64,000 nt of DNA from Eledone cirrhosa (Eukaryota). A model generated the notes under the pieces. It ran no database searches. It was not told the origin of the DNA and saw only the letters and a program-made list of their open reading frames with translations. Each line of letters starts with the position of its first letter. The first letter of the stretch is position 1. The DNA lies in NCBI GenBank assembly GCA_964016885.1, contig OZ024759.1, positions 30,814,001 to 30,878,000 on the forward strand. Reading direction: 5' to 3'. The translations under genes and the position numbers were made by a program. Of the stretch, positions 30,949-42,550 are shown piece by piece.

Positions 30949-30950
<2 letters not shown>
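30817..30950 (-). mobile_element. Full-length hammerhead element H1 (about 134 bp) between two (TA)n tracts
   Basis: Bounded by TA repeats on both sides, with multiple copies in the window. Confidence 0.85.
30832..30882 (-). ncRNA. Type I hammerhead ribozyme (H1)
   Basis: AGATTC-CTGATGA-tTTC taaa GAAt-GAA-ACAG ttctagtc CTGT-A-GAATCT. Confidence 0.78.
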
Positions 30951-30997
<47 letters not shown>

Positions 30998-31000
<3 letters not shown>

Positions 31001-31052
31001 TTAATATAGATGAGATTCTACAGGACTAGAACTGTTTCATTCTTTAGAAATC
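30998..31052 (-). mobile_element. Truncated tandem H1 copy
   Basis: Identical to 30817-30871 and stops before the CTGATGA core is complete. Confidence 0.8.
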
Positions 31053-31272
31053 TTTATTATATATATTTCAAGGGGACTGTGTTGTTTTTTCACTACGTCA
31101 TCATCAGACAAATTATATGTAATAAAGTATATATTATATATTATTCAAAATATTCTCATAATCAAAATATATACTTTATTACATATAATTTGTCTGATGA
31201 CGACGTAGTGAAAAAACAACACAGTCCCTTTGAAATATATATAATAAAGTATATATTTTGATTATGAGAATA
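31053..31272. repeat. Inverted repeat with a hammerhead-like fold in each arm
   Basis: Arms at about 31053-31135 and 31164-31248. The plus arm reads ataatttgt-CTGATGA...GAA-ATATATAT-A-ataaagtat; stem II pairs poorly. Confidence 0.6.
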
Positions 31273-31392
31273 TTTTTCATTTGTTAACATTTTGAATAAT
31301 ATTAAAAACTCCAGGAAAACAACTGTTGAGTGCTTCTAATCTATTGTAAAATTGCATTCGTTGAGTAATCAACGAACCATACTAATCTTTGG

Positions 31393-31428
<36 letters not shown>

Positions 31429-31442
31429 ACACATTGTACATG

Positions 31443-31496
<54 letters not shown>

Positions 31497-31605
31497 CATG
31501 TACAATGTGTCAAGGTTGTATCATGTACAAACTGCATTCACATATGACAATTGTTTCGATATCGATCAAGAATCAATCATTATGACTGAGGCCCGTCTCT
31601 AATTG

Positions 31606-31664
<59 letters not shown>

Positions 31665-32142
31665 AATATGCGTGAATTAACCATTGTTTAAATATGATTA
31701 GATGTTTAATTAATCATTTAAAAATTGAGATCAATATATTTAAAATTGGGATCTATATATTAAGAAATCCATATATTACTAGAGAACTACATATCATATA
31801 ATACGTATACACACGCAAAAATACATATAAATATATATACACACTTATAAAATACATATACATATCTAACTACGTATATAATATATACACACTCTATCTA
31901 TATCTTTCTCTCTCTGTTGTTTTGGTATCTCTCTCTCTCTCTCTCTTTTCCCTCTCTCTCTCTTTTTCTCTCTCTCCTTCTTTATCTTTCTCTTTCTCCG
32001 TAACGCAACGGCTTATTTTAAAAATAAAAATATCCAATACTAATAATAATATAATTAAAGCTACAACTCCACTATCCGGGAGCTTCCAACAGTAATGGTT
32101 TAAGGGTATGTCAATATTTATTTATAAAACTGATTTATATTA

Positions 32143-32207
32143 TATTTTATCTGATGAAAGCACACCATAATTTAACTTGGTGTCCTTGAAATATGTATAA
32201 TGAAATA
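32143..32207 (+). ncRNA. Type I hammerhead ribozyme
   Basis: TATTTTAT-CTGATGA-AAGcACACCA taatttaact TGGTGTcCTT-GAA-ATATGTAT-A-ATGAAATA. Stem I is 8 bp with one GU, stem II pairs 9 of 10, and AATAAA overlaps the end. Confidence 0.72.
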
Positions 32208-32448
32208 AATATGGTTTTATAAATATAGTTTTCATTTGTTAATATCGTATTTTTACTCCAAATATTTGTTGAGTGGTTTATATTAGTTATAAAAATATTT
32301 GCTTGTTGTATCCCAACAATTTAAACAGAAATTTTAAATATATATATTTATATATATATGTATTTTTATATATATATGTATGTATATATATATATAATAC
32401 ATATATATATATGTATATACATATATATATATATATGTATATATATAC

Positions 32449-32485
<37 letters not shown>

Positions 32486-32755
32486 TAGATATATTTCTTT
32501 TATTTGCCACTAGGGCATCAAAAGTGGGACAAGTACAAAGGGGGGAGTTTACACAAAAAGGCGTCCTCAATAAGGAGGAGGCAATAACAAAATATAAAAA
32601 TAAAATAAGATATAACAAAAAATAACATTTTTAACAAAATCCTCAATAGAGAGGAGGCGCCTTGGGGGGTCGCACACACCCCCGAAAAAAGTGTGCAACC
32701 CTTCTCCTCAGGAGCACAGAGAAGGGGTGCTCCCTTGGTCTTTCATCTTCCTCAC

Positions 32756-35700
32756 CTATAGTCTGATGTAGAGTGAAGGCCCATTCACACGGGCCATTCT
32801 CGCCACTTTCACCCATCTTTCATAGAAACGGCTGGGGTGCAGCACCTCTCTCTCCATCCTGATCCTTCTTCCGAAATGATATCGGAAGAAACGGACCAGT
32901 TGTTGGCCAGAGAGAAAGGTGCCCGACCTCAGTCCTTTCAGACGCGTCCACCATACAACCTCTTTCGCCATGGCTATTACGCACAGAAACACCGCCTCTG
33001 CTTCATCTTTGAAGGGGGGAGGCGGCTTGATCATTACAATAGACTCGGTGGTCAACCGGATCGGTCCCACCCTTGACAGCAGTTGTTCGACATAGCCCCA
33101 CAGATCGGCTACGCCCGAGCAGTGTACTAATGCGTGTGCAACGGTTTCCTCGTCGCACACGCATCTGGGACAGATCTTTTTGGCGGGGTCCCTACCCGGG
33201 CGCCCGTGTCTGTAGAGCCTTTCTCGAACGGGTAAAGCCCCTCGGTAGCACTGCCAGGCCAGGGACTTCTGGAAGTTGTCCATAGGTCCCGGGCTGAATG
33301 TCCTACCGAAAAGGCTGGCCAGTTCGTCCTCCTCCATGTCTAGGGCTTCTCCGAGGGCGTCGTCGCACCTGCTGCGTACCAGCCCTCTATAGAATGTTGC
33401 GGTGGAGTCTCCACTGATAACCGGATCCGCCTGCCAGAGGGCGGTGAGCGCCTGGGCACACTCAGTGTGCCAGGCGCCCAGTTTTCTCGGTCTTTGCTTG
33501 ACCCAGGATTGCAGCTCGGTGAGTGAGACGAGTCTGGGAAAGGTTCGTCTCACAAACGAGGCCCACACCGGTTGTCCGGTGAGGAATACGTAGAGGTGCC
33601 GTAGCCTTAATGCGTGTTTACGCATCATTAGCCACGGCATCCCCAGCCCTCCTTTCGAAGGGTGTTGACAGCAGATGGATCTCCTCACCATAGGAGCCCG
33701 CCTCTTCCAAAGGAATTGGAAGAGCGCGCGCTCCATCTTGGTGAGGGTTTCCCTTGGGCAGGGCACTACGGTCAGGCGGTAGTAGATGACGGACGCTATG
33801 TAGGTGTTCGCCACCTCCGCCCGACCTTTCAGGGATAGTTTGCAACTGGCCCACTTCTGGGTCAGTGCAAACACTCTGTTCGTAACCTCCGCCCAGTTTT
33901 TCTCCACCTGGAGGTCCGGTCCGAACCAGACCCCGAGCAACTTCACCGGGCCCTCCGTCCAGCGTCCGACGACGCTATCGGAGGGCATCGGTCTGCCCCT
34001 CCACGTGCCGAGTTGCAAACCGATCGACTTGTCCCGGTTCAGCTTAGCCCCTGTGAACTTTTCGTACTCCTCCAGTAAGGTGCCGACCGCCTCGATTTCG
34101 GAGGCCGTCGACACCATTACTGTCACGTCATCGGCGTAGGCCGACACCGCTTTCCGCAATCCCGGTTCCAAAGGGATGCCCTGCAACAACTCCAACTTCC
34201 GCAGTAGTGGCTCGAGAGTCAATACATACAGAAGGGAGGAGAGAGGGCACCCTTGTCGGATGGACCGCGCGATTTTGAACGGCTCCGAGAGGTAGCCGTT
34301 CACCTTGACCCTAGAGCAGATGCGGCTGCTGTGCATAGCAGTGATCCAGCCCCTGAAAACGGCTCCGAAGCCTGCCGCCGCTAGCACCGCATCCAGGTAA
34401 CCATGGTCGACCCTATCGAACGCCTTAGATTGATCCAAGTTGATCAGAGCCCCACCAAAGCCGGGTTCGTTCCCAACCCTCTCTATGATGTATCGCATGA
34501 GGTGGAGGTTGTCATGGATGGACCTGGACGGGATAGCGCATGTCTGCGCATCTCCCACCAGGTTGCCCACGACAAGCGCCAACCTCTTTGCTAGCACCTT
34601 GGCCAAAATCTGTAACTCTGTATTTAGCAGTGTTATGGGCCTGAAGTTACTTATTTCGTCCCCCTTGTTCTCGTCCTTCCTCACTAGCGTGACTACGCCC
34701 TTGGTCACAGTACAGGGAATTCTCCCGTTCTGTTGCCAGTTGCAGTAGACCGCCTCGAGGAGATCGGGGAACAAGTCCGGCATAGCTAGATATAATTCGT
34801 AAGGAAGACCATCGAGACCCGGGGATTTGCGTTTGCCGCATTGGCTCAGCACGTCCTCTATCTCAGCGGCCGAAATCGGCTCCTCGCAGGACTTCGCCTC
34901 CCTGTCCGAGAGGCGCGGCAGGCCGTCGAGGTATGGACCGAAGTCCACGTTCCCAACCGGCTCCCCGCCCCTCCCGAACAGTCGGGCAAAGTGCCTTTGA
35001 AAGGCCTCACACATCTGCTTAGGCTCAAGAATCGCCCGTCCATCCAGGTCTCGCAAAGACCGGATGGTGGATTTAGTTCCACTGTTGGCCTCTGTCACGC
35101 GGGCCCAGCTAACAGCTTTGGTCCCCTCGTTCCCTAGAGCACGTATTTTACTTCGGACAACGCAGCCTTCGTGCTTCGCGTCGAAAAACTGGCTCAAAGC
35201 CGTTCTCGACGCTAGCACTCTGGCCACGTCGCCGCTTCTAATTGCCTCTTCTACTCTATCTATTAGCTCCCTTTCCTTCCTATTCCTATCCGCAGCTAGA
35301 ACCTTACTAAATTCTATCGAGACTACTCTAATCTCTCTCTTTAGAGATACCCACCACCTGCTGTTGACGATCGCTCCAGTCAACCGTTCCTTAACTAACG
35401 TACTAATCCGATTCCTGTAGGCTCTACTTGCCGGCAAGGACAAGTTGAGCTTCCAGTAACCGGGGCCCTGTCTATGAGTTCTGTCAAGGTTGACCATGCA
35501 GGTCACTAATTTGTGGTCTGAATAGCCAACAATGCGCATTTTTGGACAACTTAAAAAGTCCTTATCCTTAATTCTAACTAAGAACCTATCTAGGTACGAC
35601 CTAGATGATCCGCTACGATTTGCCCAAGTCCAGGTTGGCGCAGTCGGAAAATCTAGTCGATATCTATCGGCCAGGTCAAATCGACCGATTAACCCTTTGA

Positions 35701-36193
35701 GGCTATTACACCCCTCTCTATCGGGGCAGGCCCCTACGTAGTCCCAGCGTGCATCTAGGATACCATTCCAGTCCCCCACTAATAGCAAGGAGCGGGACGT
35801 CCCTAGAAAAGTTTCCAGACGATGGAAGAAGTCCGGCCGCATTGACCCGAAAGGGCCGTAGGCGGCTACCAACCTAAACGCTCCGCCTTTACCACTGCCA
35901 AGGTCCAGAACCACTAGTCGACCCTCCGGGTCCAAATGTACCATCTGTGTTGCGAGACCCAGATGTTTTTGCAGCAGAACGACAACTCCACCCCCACCTC
36001 CAGGCTGACAGAGAGATGCGTGCATCTCAAAGTCATCAAAGGTGGGGGCCAGCTGTCGCACGCTGCTGATCCGGGCCTCGCAAATAACCATCACATCTAT
36101 ACGTTGTGACCTGAGGTCATTTAGAAGCATTGCTTGCTTCCAAGTTGAGCCCAGGCCACGCGCATTTAAACAGCCTACTCTTAGCATAGCCAT
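32756..36193 (-). CDS. LINE ORF2: APE endonuclease, reverse transcriptase and C-terminal Cys/His domain (first ATG 36193; frame open from 36217)
   Basis: Motifs CLNARG, GDWN, SDH, GYWKLN, KSPGLDG, RPITLLN, DQSKAFDRV, RQGCPLS, YADD and CPRC...HALVHC. Confidence 0.95.
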   Translation of the reverse strand: MAMLRVGCLNARGLGSTWKQAMLLNDLRSQRIDVMVICEARISSVRQLAPTFDDFEMHASLCQPGGGGGVVVLLQKHLGLATQMVHLDPEGRLVVLDLGSGKGGAFRLVAAYGPFGSMRPDFFHRLETFLGTSRSLLLVGDWNGILDARWDYVGACPDREGCNSLKGLIGRFDLADRYRLDFPTAPTWTWANRSGSSRSYLDRFLVRIKDKDFLSCPKMRIVGYSDHKLVTCMVNLDRTHRQGPGYWKLNLSLPASRAYRNRISTLVKERLTGAIVNSRWWVSLKREIRVVSIEFSKVLAADRNRKERELIDRVEEAIRSGDVARVLASRTALSQFFDAKHEGCVVRSKIRALGNEGTKAVSWARVTEANSGTKSTIRSLRDLDGRAILEPKQMCEAFQRHFARLFGRGGEPVGNVDFGPYLDGLPRLSDREAKSCEEPISAAEIEDVLSQCGKRKSPGLDGLPYELYLAMPDLFPDLLEAVYCNWQQNGRIPCTVTKGVVTLVRKDENKGDEISNFRPITLLNTELQILAKVLAKRLALVVGNLVGDAQTCAIPSRSIHDNLHLMRYIIERVGNEPGFGGALINLDQSKAFDRVDHGYLDAVLAAAGFGAVFRGWITAMHSSRICSRVKVNGYLSEPFKIARSIRQGCPLSSLLYVLTLEPLLRKLELLQGIPLEPGLRKAVSAYADDVTVMVSTASEIEAVGTLLEEYEKFTGAKLNRDKSIGLQLGTWRGRPMPSDSVVGRWTEGPVKLLGVWFGPDLQVEKNWAEVTNRVFALTQKWASCKLSLKGRAEVANTYIASVIYYRLTVVPCPRETLTKMERALFQFLWKRRAPMVRRSICCQHPSKGGLGMPWLMMRKHALRLRHLYVFLTGQPVWASFVRRTFPRLVSLTELQSWVKQRPRKLGAWHTECAQALTALWQADPVISGDSTATFYRGLVRSRCDDALGEALDMEEDELASLFGRTFSPGPMDNFQKSLAWQCYRGALPVRERLYRHGRPGRDPAKKICPRCVCDEETVAHALVHCSGVADLWGYVEQLLSRVGPIRLTTESIVMIKPPPPFKDEAEAVFLCVIAMAKEVVWWTRLKGLRSGTFLSGQQLVRFFRYHFGRRIRMEREVLHPSRFYERWVKVARMARVNGPSLYIRL

Positions 36194-36217
36194 GTTGGTG
36201 GTGAAGAGAAAAGGCAC

Positions 36218-37999
36218 TTACCTCTCTGCGTCCCGGGTATCGGGCTGCACAATTTCCATTAGGGTGGGGGATGGGTTGTTGGGTGGGGTGGTGGTTTGTG
36301 GAAGTGTGGGGGCATCAGTGTGTTGTGTGGTTGGGGAGCTTGGAGTTGTGAGGGTGTTTGGGGAGGGGGTGGGATAGTTTTTTAGGAGGACTCGGTTAAT
36401 GGGCCCGACGCAGGGGGGACCCACGTCCTCTTTAAAATTGTTTTTTAAAGTTTTATAGGTGTCCTGTGGGGCCTTAATCATTTTGAGGTGGGGGAAATCC
36501 CCTGCCTGGGTGAAGTTAGGCCCTTGTGTTTTTATTAGATTGTTGTTGTACACAATGTTTAACAGTTTTTTGTTTCTTGTATTTATGTATGTGTATGCAT
36601 GTTTTTGTTTTTGTGTGGTGTTTTTTGTTTGCTGTTGTGAGCTCTTTTGTGTTGGTGTCAGTGTTATGTTTTGGGGAGGGGTTTTTTTCATTTGTGTGTC
36701 TGAGGTGTGTTTTCTTTTTTTTCTTTTGATTGTGTGGAAGTGCTCCTCCTCGTCTGACGACGAACTAGGGTCATCTTCCGCGTTGGAGGGGAGGGGTATA
36801 TTTTCGGGTTGTGTTTGCGGTACGGGTGTTTTGGAAATTGTTTTTGTTTTTTGAGTGGAGGGGATGGGTTGGACATTGTTTTGTTTTGGTTTGAGCTGTG
36901 GTGGTTGTTTTTGTAGTGGTTGTTGTGGTGATTGTGTTGGTTGTGCAGTTGTTGGTGGTGTAGGCAGGATTGGGGTTTTCTTATTAAGTTGGGGACAGAC
37001 AGCCCTCAGGTGACCTCTGGTTCCGCAGAGGTAACACGAGGGCCGTCTACCCTCAACGGTAATGTTGATGAAGGTTAGATCATCCAGTATGACGCGTTCA
37101 GGGATCTGGGCGATCCTTTCGGGCCTCATTTGAACTACAAGTTCGAGGCTCGTTCCACTGAACGCGTCACCCGATGCCTTTCCCATGGACACCAGCATGT
37201 CATCCTCCAGGTCCAGAAAACCTGTCAAAACCCACCATATGTCCATAATCGGCAGGATGGTGTGGATTTTTATTTTTTGTGTTCTTCTACCCATGTACGT
37301 AGGGTAGAAGGTGTATGCGGTGGATGTGATTGGTTTGATGGACAGTTTCACTGCTGTGTCCCTGTCCTTCATGAGAATGGATAGACTCCCGTAGAGTCTA
37401 TCCTTCTGAATGAAGGTGATGTCCTTCATGACGTCTTTTAAAACCAGCTCTATCTCGCTCTGTGATGGTTGAGCTGGTTTTTTACTTTTGTTCGAGATTG
37501 TCCTAAACATGACCGTGTTTAGGAGTCTCTGGCTTTTTAGTTCCGGGGGGGAATGGATTGTGAATGAACCATTTTCCCCGTACACTATATATTTTTTCGC
37601 ATCCGCCAGTAGCTCCTTCGCTTTTGTTATATCTACTGGCAGATAGTCGAGGGTTTTCCTTGTCGTCTCGGCGAAGGAGAAATTTTGTTTGTTTGTGTTG
37701 TTGTTGTCGTTGGTGGTGTTGTTGTTATCATTGTTGTTGTTGTCACCGTTATTGGTCTTGTTGTTGTTATTGTTATTGTTATTGGTGTTGTTTTCTACCG
37801 TCGCATTGTTGTTGTTGTTGCTGTTGGTTCTTTGGGTTGTTGCCATGGTAACGTCAAGTTGTCGGTTAACAGGTGGAGAGAATTCTTCCTCTGGCTGACC
37901 TATCTTCTTGACCTCTGCTACTGTGACAGTGGCAGGGGGAAGCTGTAAGTTCATCTTCCCCTTTCCTCCTTCGAATTTTGGTGAAGAAGCTTCGGCCAT
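36218..37999 (-). CDS. LINE ORF1, gag-like nucleic-acid-binding protein with a CCHC knuckle
   Basis: 593-aa ORF directly upstream of ORF2 containing CYLCGTRGHLRAVC (CX2CX4HX4C). Confidence 0.88.
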   Translation of the reverse strand: MAEASSPKFEGGKGKMNLQLPPATVTVAEVKKIGQPEEEFSPPVNRQLDVTMATTQRTNSNNNNNATVENNTNNNNNNNNKTNNGDNNNNDNNNTTNDNNNTNKQNFSFAETTRKTLDYLPVDITKAKELLADAKKYIVYGENGSFTIHSPPELKSQRLLNTVMFRTISNKSKKPAQPSQSEIELVLKDVMKDITFIQKDRLYGSLSILMKDRDTAVKLSIKPITSTAYTFYPTYMGRRTQKIKIHTILPIMDIWWVLTGFLDLEDDMLVSMGKASGDAFSGTSLELVVQMRPERIAQIPERVILDDLTFINITVEGRRPSCYLCGTRGHLRAVCPQLNKKTPILPTPPTTAQPTQSPQQPLQKQPPQLKPKQNNVQPIPSTQKTKTISKTPVPQTQPENIPLPSNAEDDPSSSSDEEEHFHTIKRKKRKHTSDTQMKKTPPQNITLTPTQKSSQQQTKNTTQKQKHAYTYINTRNKKLLNIVYNNNLIKTQGPNFTQAGDFPHLKMIKAPQDTYKTLKNNFKEDVGPPCVGPINRVLLKNYPTPSPNTLTTPSSPTTQHTDAPTLPQTTTPPNNPSPTLMEIVQPDTRDAER

Positions 38000-38222
38000 T
38001 TAAAAAAATATTGACTTTTCAACAAGAAAAAACTTTTTTTTTTAACTATTTCGCCTAAAGGCGTAGAATATTTTGAGAGACTGACCAGATCAAAGTTTGA
38101 CCTGGCAGTCCCTCTACAAAATGGTACAAAATTTAAAGTTATCAGACAAGAATTTCTATAGAAATTTAAACAGAACTTACTCAGCAAGTTATACGCGTGT
38201 GTCCATCCCAGATGATATACGA

Positions 38223-38253
<31 letters not shown>

Positions 38254-38454
38254 TATATAGATATACATATATATATATTCATATATATATATACATATAT
38301 ATACATATACATATATATATATACATATATATATATTCATATAAATACAAATATAAATTCAGCGAGAATCGCATTTCGGCGGGTAGAAAAAGCAGAACAT
38401 AACGCAATATATATATATATATATTTATATATATATTTATATATATATATATAT

Positions 38455-38882
38455 ATATCATAAATCATGTCTATAGAATCAATCAGATATTAAAATATAT
38501 ACTATTTCTTCTTCTAATCAGCATAATTAACCATATACATAATCAAATCTAGCAAGCTTTAAGAGTAAATTTTCTAACGGGGAAATCTCCGACAAACAAT
38601 TGATCGCAGCTAGTTCGCGGTAACTCCGTTCCATTATTTATCAAACACTTCGGCAGCATATTTGATCGGATTCTGCATGCTGCCGAAGTGTTTGATAAAT
38701 AATGGAACGGAGTTACCGCGAACTAGCTGCGATCAATTGTTTGTCGGAGATTTCCCCGTTAGAAAATTTACTCTTAAAGCTTGCTAGATTTGATTATGTA
38801 TATGGTTAATTATGCTGATTAGAAGAAGAAATAGTATATATTTTAATATCTGATTGATTCTATAGACATGATTTATGATATA
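38455..38882. repeat. Apparently perfect inverted repeat with arms of about 205 bp and a 17-nt spacer
   Basis: 38455-38659 is the reverse complement of 38677-38882. The arm is related to 9025-9190. Confidence 0.9.
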
Positions 38883-38999
38883 ATGCTCTGATTTTTTTAA
38901 TTTTAATTTATTAATTCTTCATTGAGCTTAAAAGTGAACAGTTGCAACACATATATGTATCCTTGATTTAATTTAATTTAATTTTATGTATGTGATAAC

Positions 39000-39067
<68 letters not shown>

Positions 39068-39399
39068 CTGCATCTAATATACATCAGAATAAGACAACAT
39101 AATTCTTTATATTTAGTTAATTATATAACCTTCTTATGTGGTCAATTGAAATGTGCAACTCAATCGTGTGATATAATATATTCTATGCCAGTCTTTGTCG
39201 GGAATCAATAAGCCATTTGATACTGGTGACCATCACTGAAATTAATGAAATACATTTCCGTTAAGTCTCTAATGTAATAGTGGATATGAAATGGAGAATG
39301 AAATAAACATACATATATGCATATGTATGTATGCATATGTGCGTGCGTACGTATATATATATATATACGCCCATATATTCACACAGATAATATACCTAA

Positions 39400-39437
<38 letters not shown>

Positions 39438-39500
39438 GCATATATTCACACGGATAATACATGCAACCATATATATATACACACACAGAAACACAGACAT

Positions 39501-39560
<60 letters not shown>

Positions 39561-39825
39561 CTATTTACATACCTATATTCACAGACATGATATATACAAT
39601 CATATATATATATATATTATATATATATATAGGGAGAGAAAGAGAAACAGAGAGTGAGAGAGAGAGAGGAAATCGGCTTGTTTTAATTAACTAACGGCAT
39701 AAGAATCCAATTTTAATTCCTGACTTTTAACATACATGATACATATTACTGTGTAATATGTATCCGTGTATTTACATTTATGAGACGAAAGTAATAAATT
39801 CTTTGACGTTAATCAGGGAAACTAA

Positions 39826-40780
39826 TAATTGTTTCTACTTTAGGCACAAGGCCAGCAATTACTCAGTACATTACTGGTACTTTATTTTATCTACCCCGTA
39901 AATCAGGGAAACTAATAATGAATGATTGACAGAGAATATGTCCAAGAGATTCTTTTGATTGTGTATCTGATTAAGTTCAACATTTTATATAATTAAATTT
40001 GACACTGGTGTCAACTTTTCCCTCGTGGTTTCAGTTTAATATGTTCTCTATGTTCTCTGATTTAGTCTCAAGGGAAGCGATTTTCGGGGAGAGAGAAAGT
40101 CAATCAAATCGACCCCAGGGCATTACTGGTACTTTATTTTATCGACTCCGAAAGGTTGAAAAATAAACAATAATAATAATAATAGTTTCTAATTTTGGCA
40201 CAAGGCCAGTAATTTTTTTATTTTATCGAGCCTGTAAGGATGAAAGGCAAAGTTAACTTCGATGGGTTTTCAACTCAGATCATAAAGGGCCGTAACTCTA
40301 TTCTGCAAAGCATGGCGACCGACCCTCTGCTGATACTGCCAATCCAATAGTAACAATTGTTTCTACTTTAGGCACAAGGCCAGCAATTACCCAGTGCATT
40401 ACTGGTACTTTATTTTATCGACCCCGTAAGGATGAAAGGCAAAGTCAACCTCGGCGGGATTTGAACTCAGATCGTAAAGGGACGTAACTATGCTGGAAAG
40501 CATGGCGTCCGACCCTCTACCGATACTGCCAATCCACTGCCCTCAGTAATAATGGTTTCTGATTATACACAAGGCCAATTTTGGGAGGAGGGGAAAGTCG
40601 ATGAAATTGACCCCAGTGCGTAACTGGTACTTTATTTTATCTACCCCGAATGGATGAAAAGTAAATGATAATAATAATGGTTACTAATTTAGGCATAAGT
40701 CCAGCAATTTGGGGAAAGTGGAAAGTCAATCAAATCGACCCCAGTATGGTTACGGGTACTTTATTTTATCAACCCCGTAA
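39826..40780 (-). mobile_element. Cluster of about 6 SINE family A copies and fragments
   Basis: ggtactttattttatc cores at about 39876, 40128, 40405, 40626 and 40756. The near-complete copy is 40356-40543. Confidence 0.8.
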
Positions 40781-41399
40781 ATGATATATTTTCAGGCGAC
40801 TCTCTGCCAAAACAAACCCTCAAAACAACAGCACAGAAAATCCTACTTGCTTTTTCAGAACGTTTAAACAACATCAATATTATTTTTCAGTATGGTACAA
40901 TTTCCAGTAAGAACGCCCAACGGGAAGCATGTTTTTTTCAGTGGACCCTACCCCCTGCCATAAAAAAATAAAATAGTAATAACTTTCAGCAGACACCCTC
41001 CCCTGCCCCCCAAAAGCCCATAAAACGACAACTAAAACAAAACTATTTGCCTTTCAGTAGTTCCAAAACAGCAACAATAACATGTGTAAATTGAAGACCA
41101 ATATTGCAAATGGCGCTTGTTTAATTTGATGTTCCTCTTCGATATATTTACAATATATTTTTTATTGATTATAACAGAATGAACATGGTAAATCTTGGTT
41201 CTGTTGGATTTCAACCCTAAAGTAAATGGAACTGAATTCTCTAAAATTGTAAGTTATATTTTATTATTTTTCATGAAAAATAACAGCACATAGATTTCTT
41301 TTAAATGTTGTTACAAAAAGTAAAAAAAAAAATCAGAAAAATGTAAGGAAGTTTACATTTCTCCTGGAAATAACGTATATACGTGTCTCTGTGTATGTG

Positions 41400-41440
<41 letters not shown>

Positions 41441-41677
41441 GTATTGAAATTCAAGTAACATACAAACACATGTATATATATAAATATATAAAATGCATGT
41501 ATATATATACGTATATACATGTGTGTATGTAAATGTATATGTGAGTATATATGTAGATATGTATATTATATATGGAAATATATATATAGAGAGAGAGAGA
41601 GAGAAATAGAGAGAGAGGGAGATGTATATATAAGTGTGATTTTCTTTAAGATATATATTCACCCCTATCTCTCTCGT

Positions 41678-41764
<87 letters not shown>

Positions 41765-41767
41765 ATT

Positions 41768-41823
<56 letters not shown>

Positions 41824-42384
41824 CAAATCTCAACTCCTGTGAGATAACAAAAATCCACTTGATTTAACTTAATCCGGTTTGCATGATTTTAATATTTACA
41901 GCAGCGATTTCTTTATCAAAATATCAGAGATTTGAGTGCAATTGAAGTAAATACTATTCAACTATGTAAACAGTTGACTTGAGATAGGGAAGATAAAAAC
42001 ATTGAATGCTGCCTAACAATGTATAGATTTTAATACTTTTTTTTACAGTCGAAGCAAATGAATAGAAGTTGATGGATGAACTTTAGAAATACAGATGAGT
42101 GTATGTGTGTGTAGAACCGAATGTAAAGAGCAGACGACACATTATGTGGGAGCTGAGAATAATTATTTTAATAATTTGGAGAATTATTCTCGAACTACCA
42201 AATGGCTTGATCGACGTAAAAACGTTTATGAAACCAATGGCATATACTCATCTTTTTCCATTTCTCCGAGGGTTCTTAACCCCACTATCAGGCTAAATAA
42301 TTTCTTTAATTTCTTTAGTCAAAATACGGCGATAGCTTACATTTCTAATAATTTCAAACGAACTCGCTGTCTCGAAAATACCCT

Positions 42385-42421
<37 letters not shown>

Positions 42422-42550
42422 CGAACACACATGCATGCATACATACATACATACATACATACATACATACATACATACATACATACATACATACATACAT
42501 ACATACATACATACATACATTCATACATACATATATATATAGAGAGAGAG

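Larger units (their letters stand above)
32490..38225 (-). mobile_element. Apparently full-length Tx1/L1-clade LINE
   Basis: Two uninterrupted ORFs, an AATAAA near the 3' end (tttatt at about 32498) and TA microsatellite on both flanks. Confidence 0.9.
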
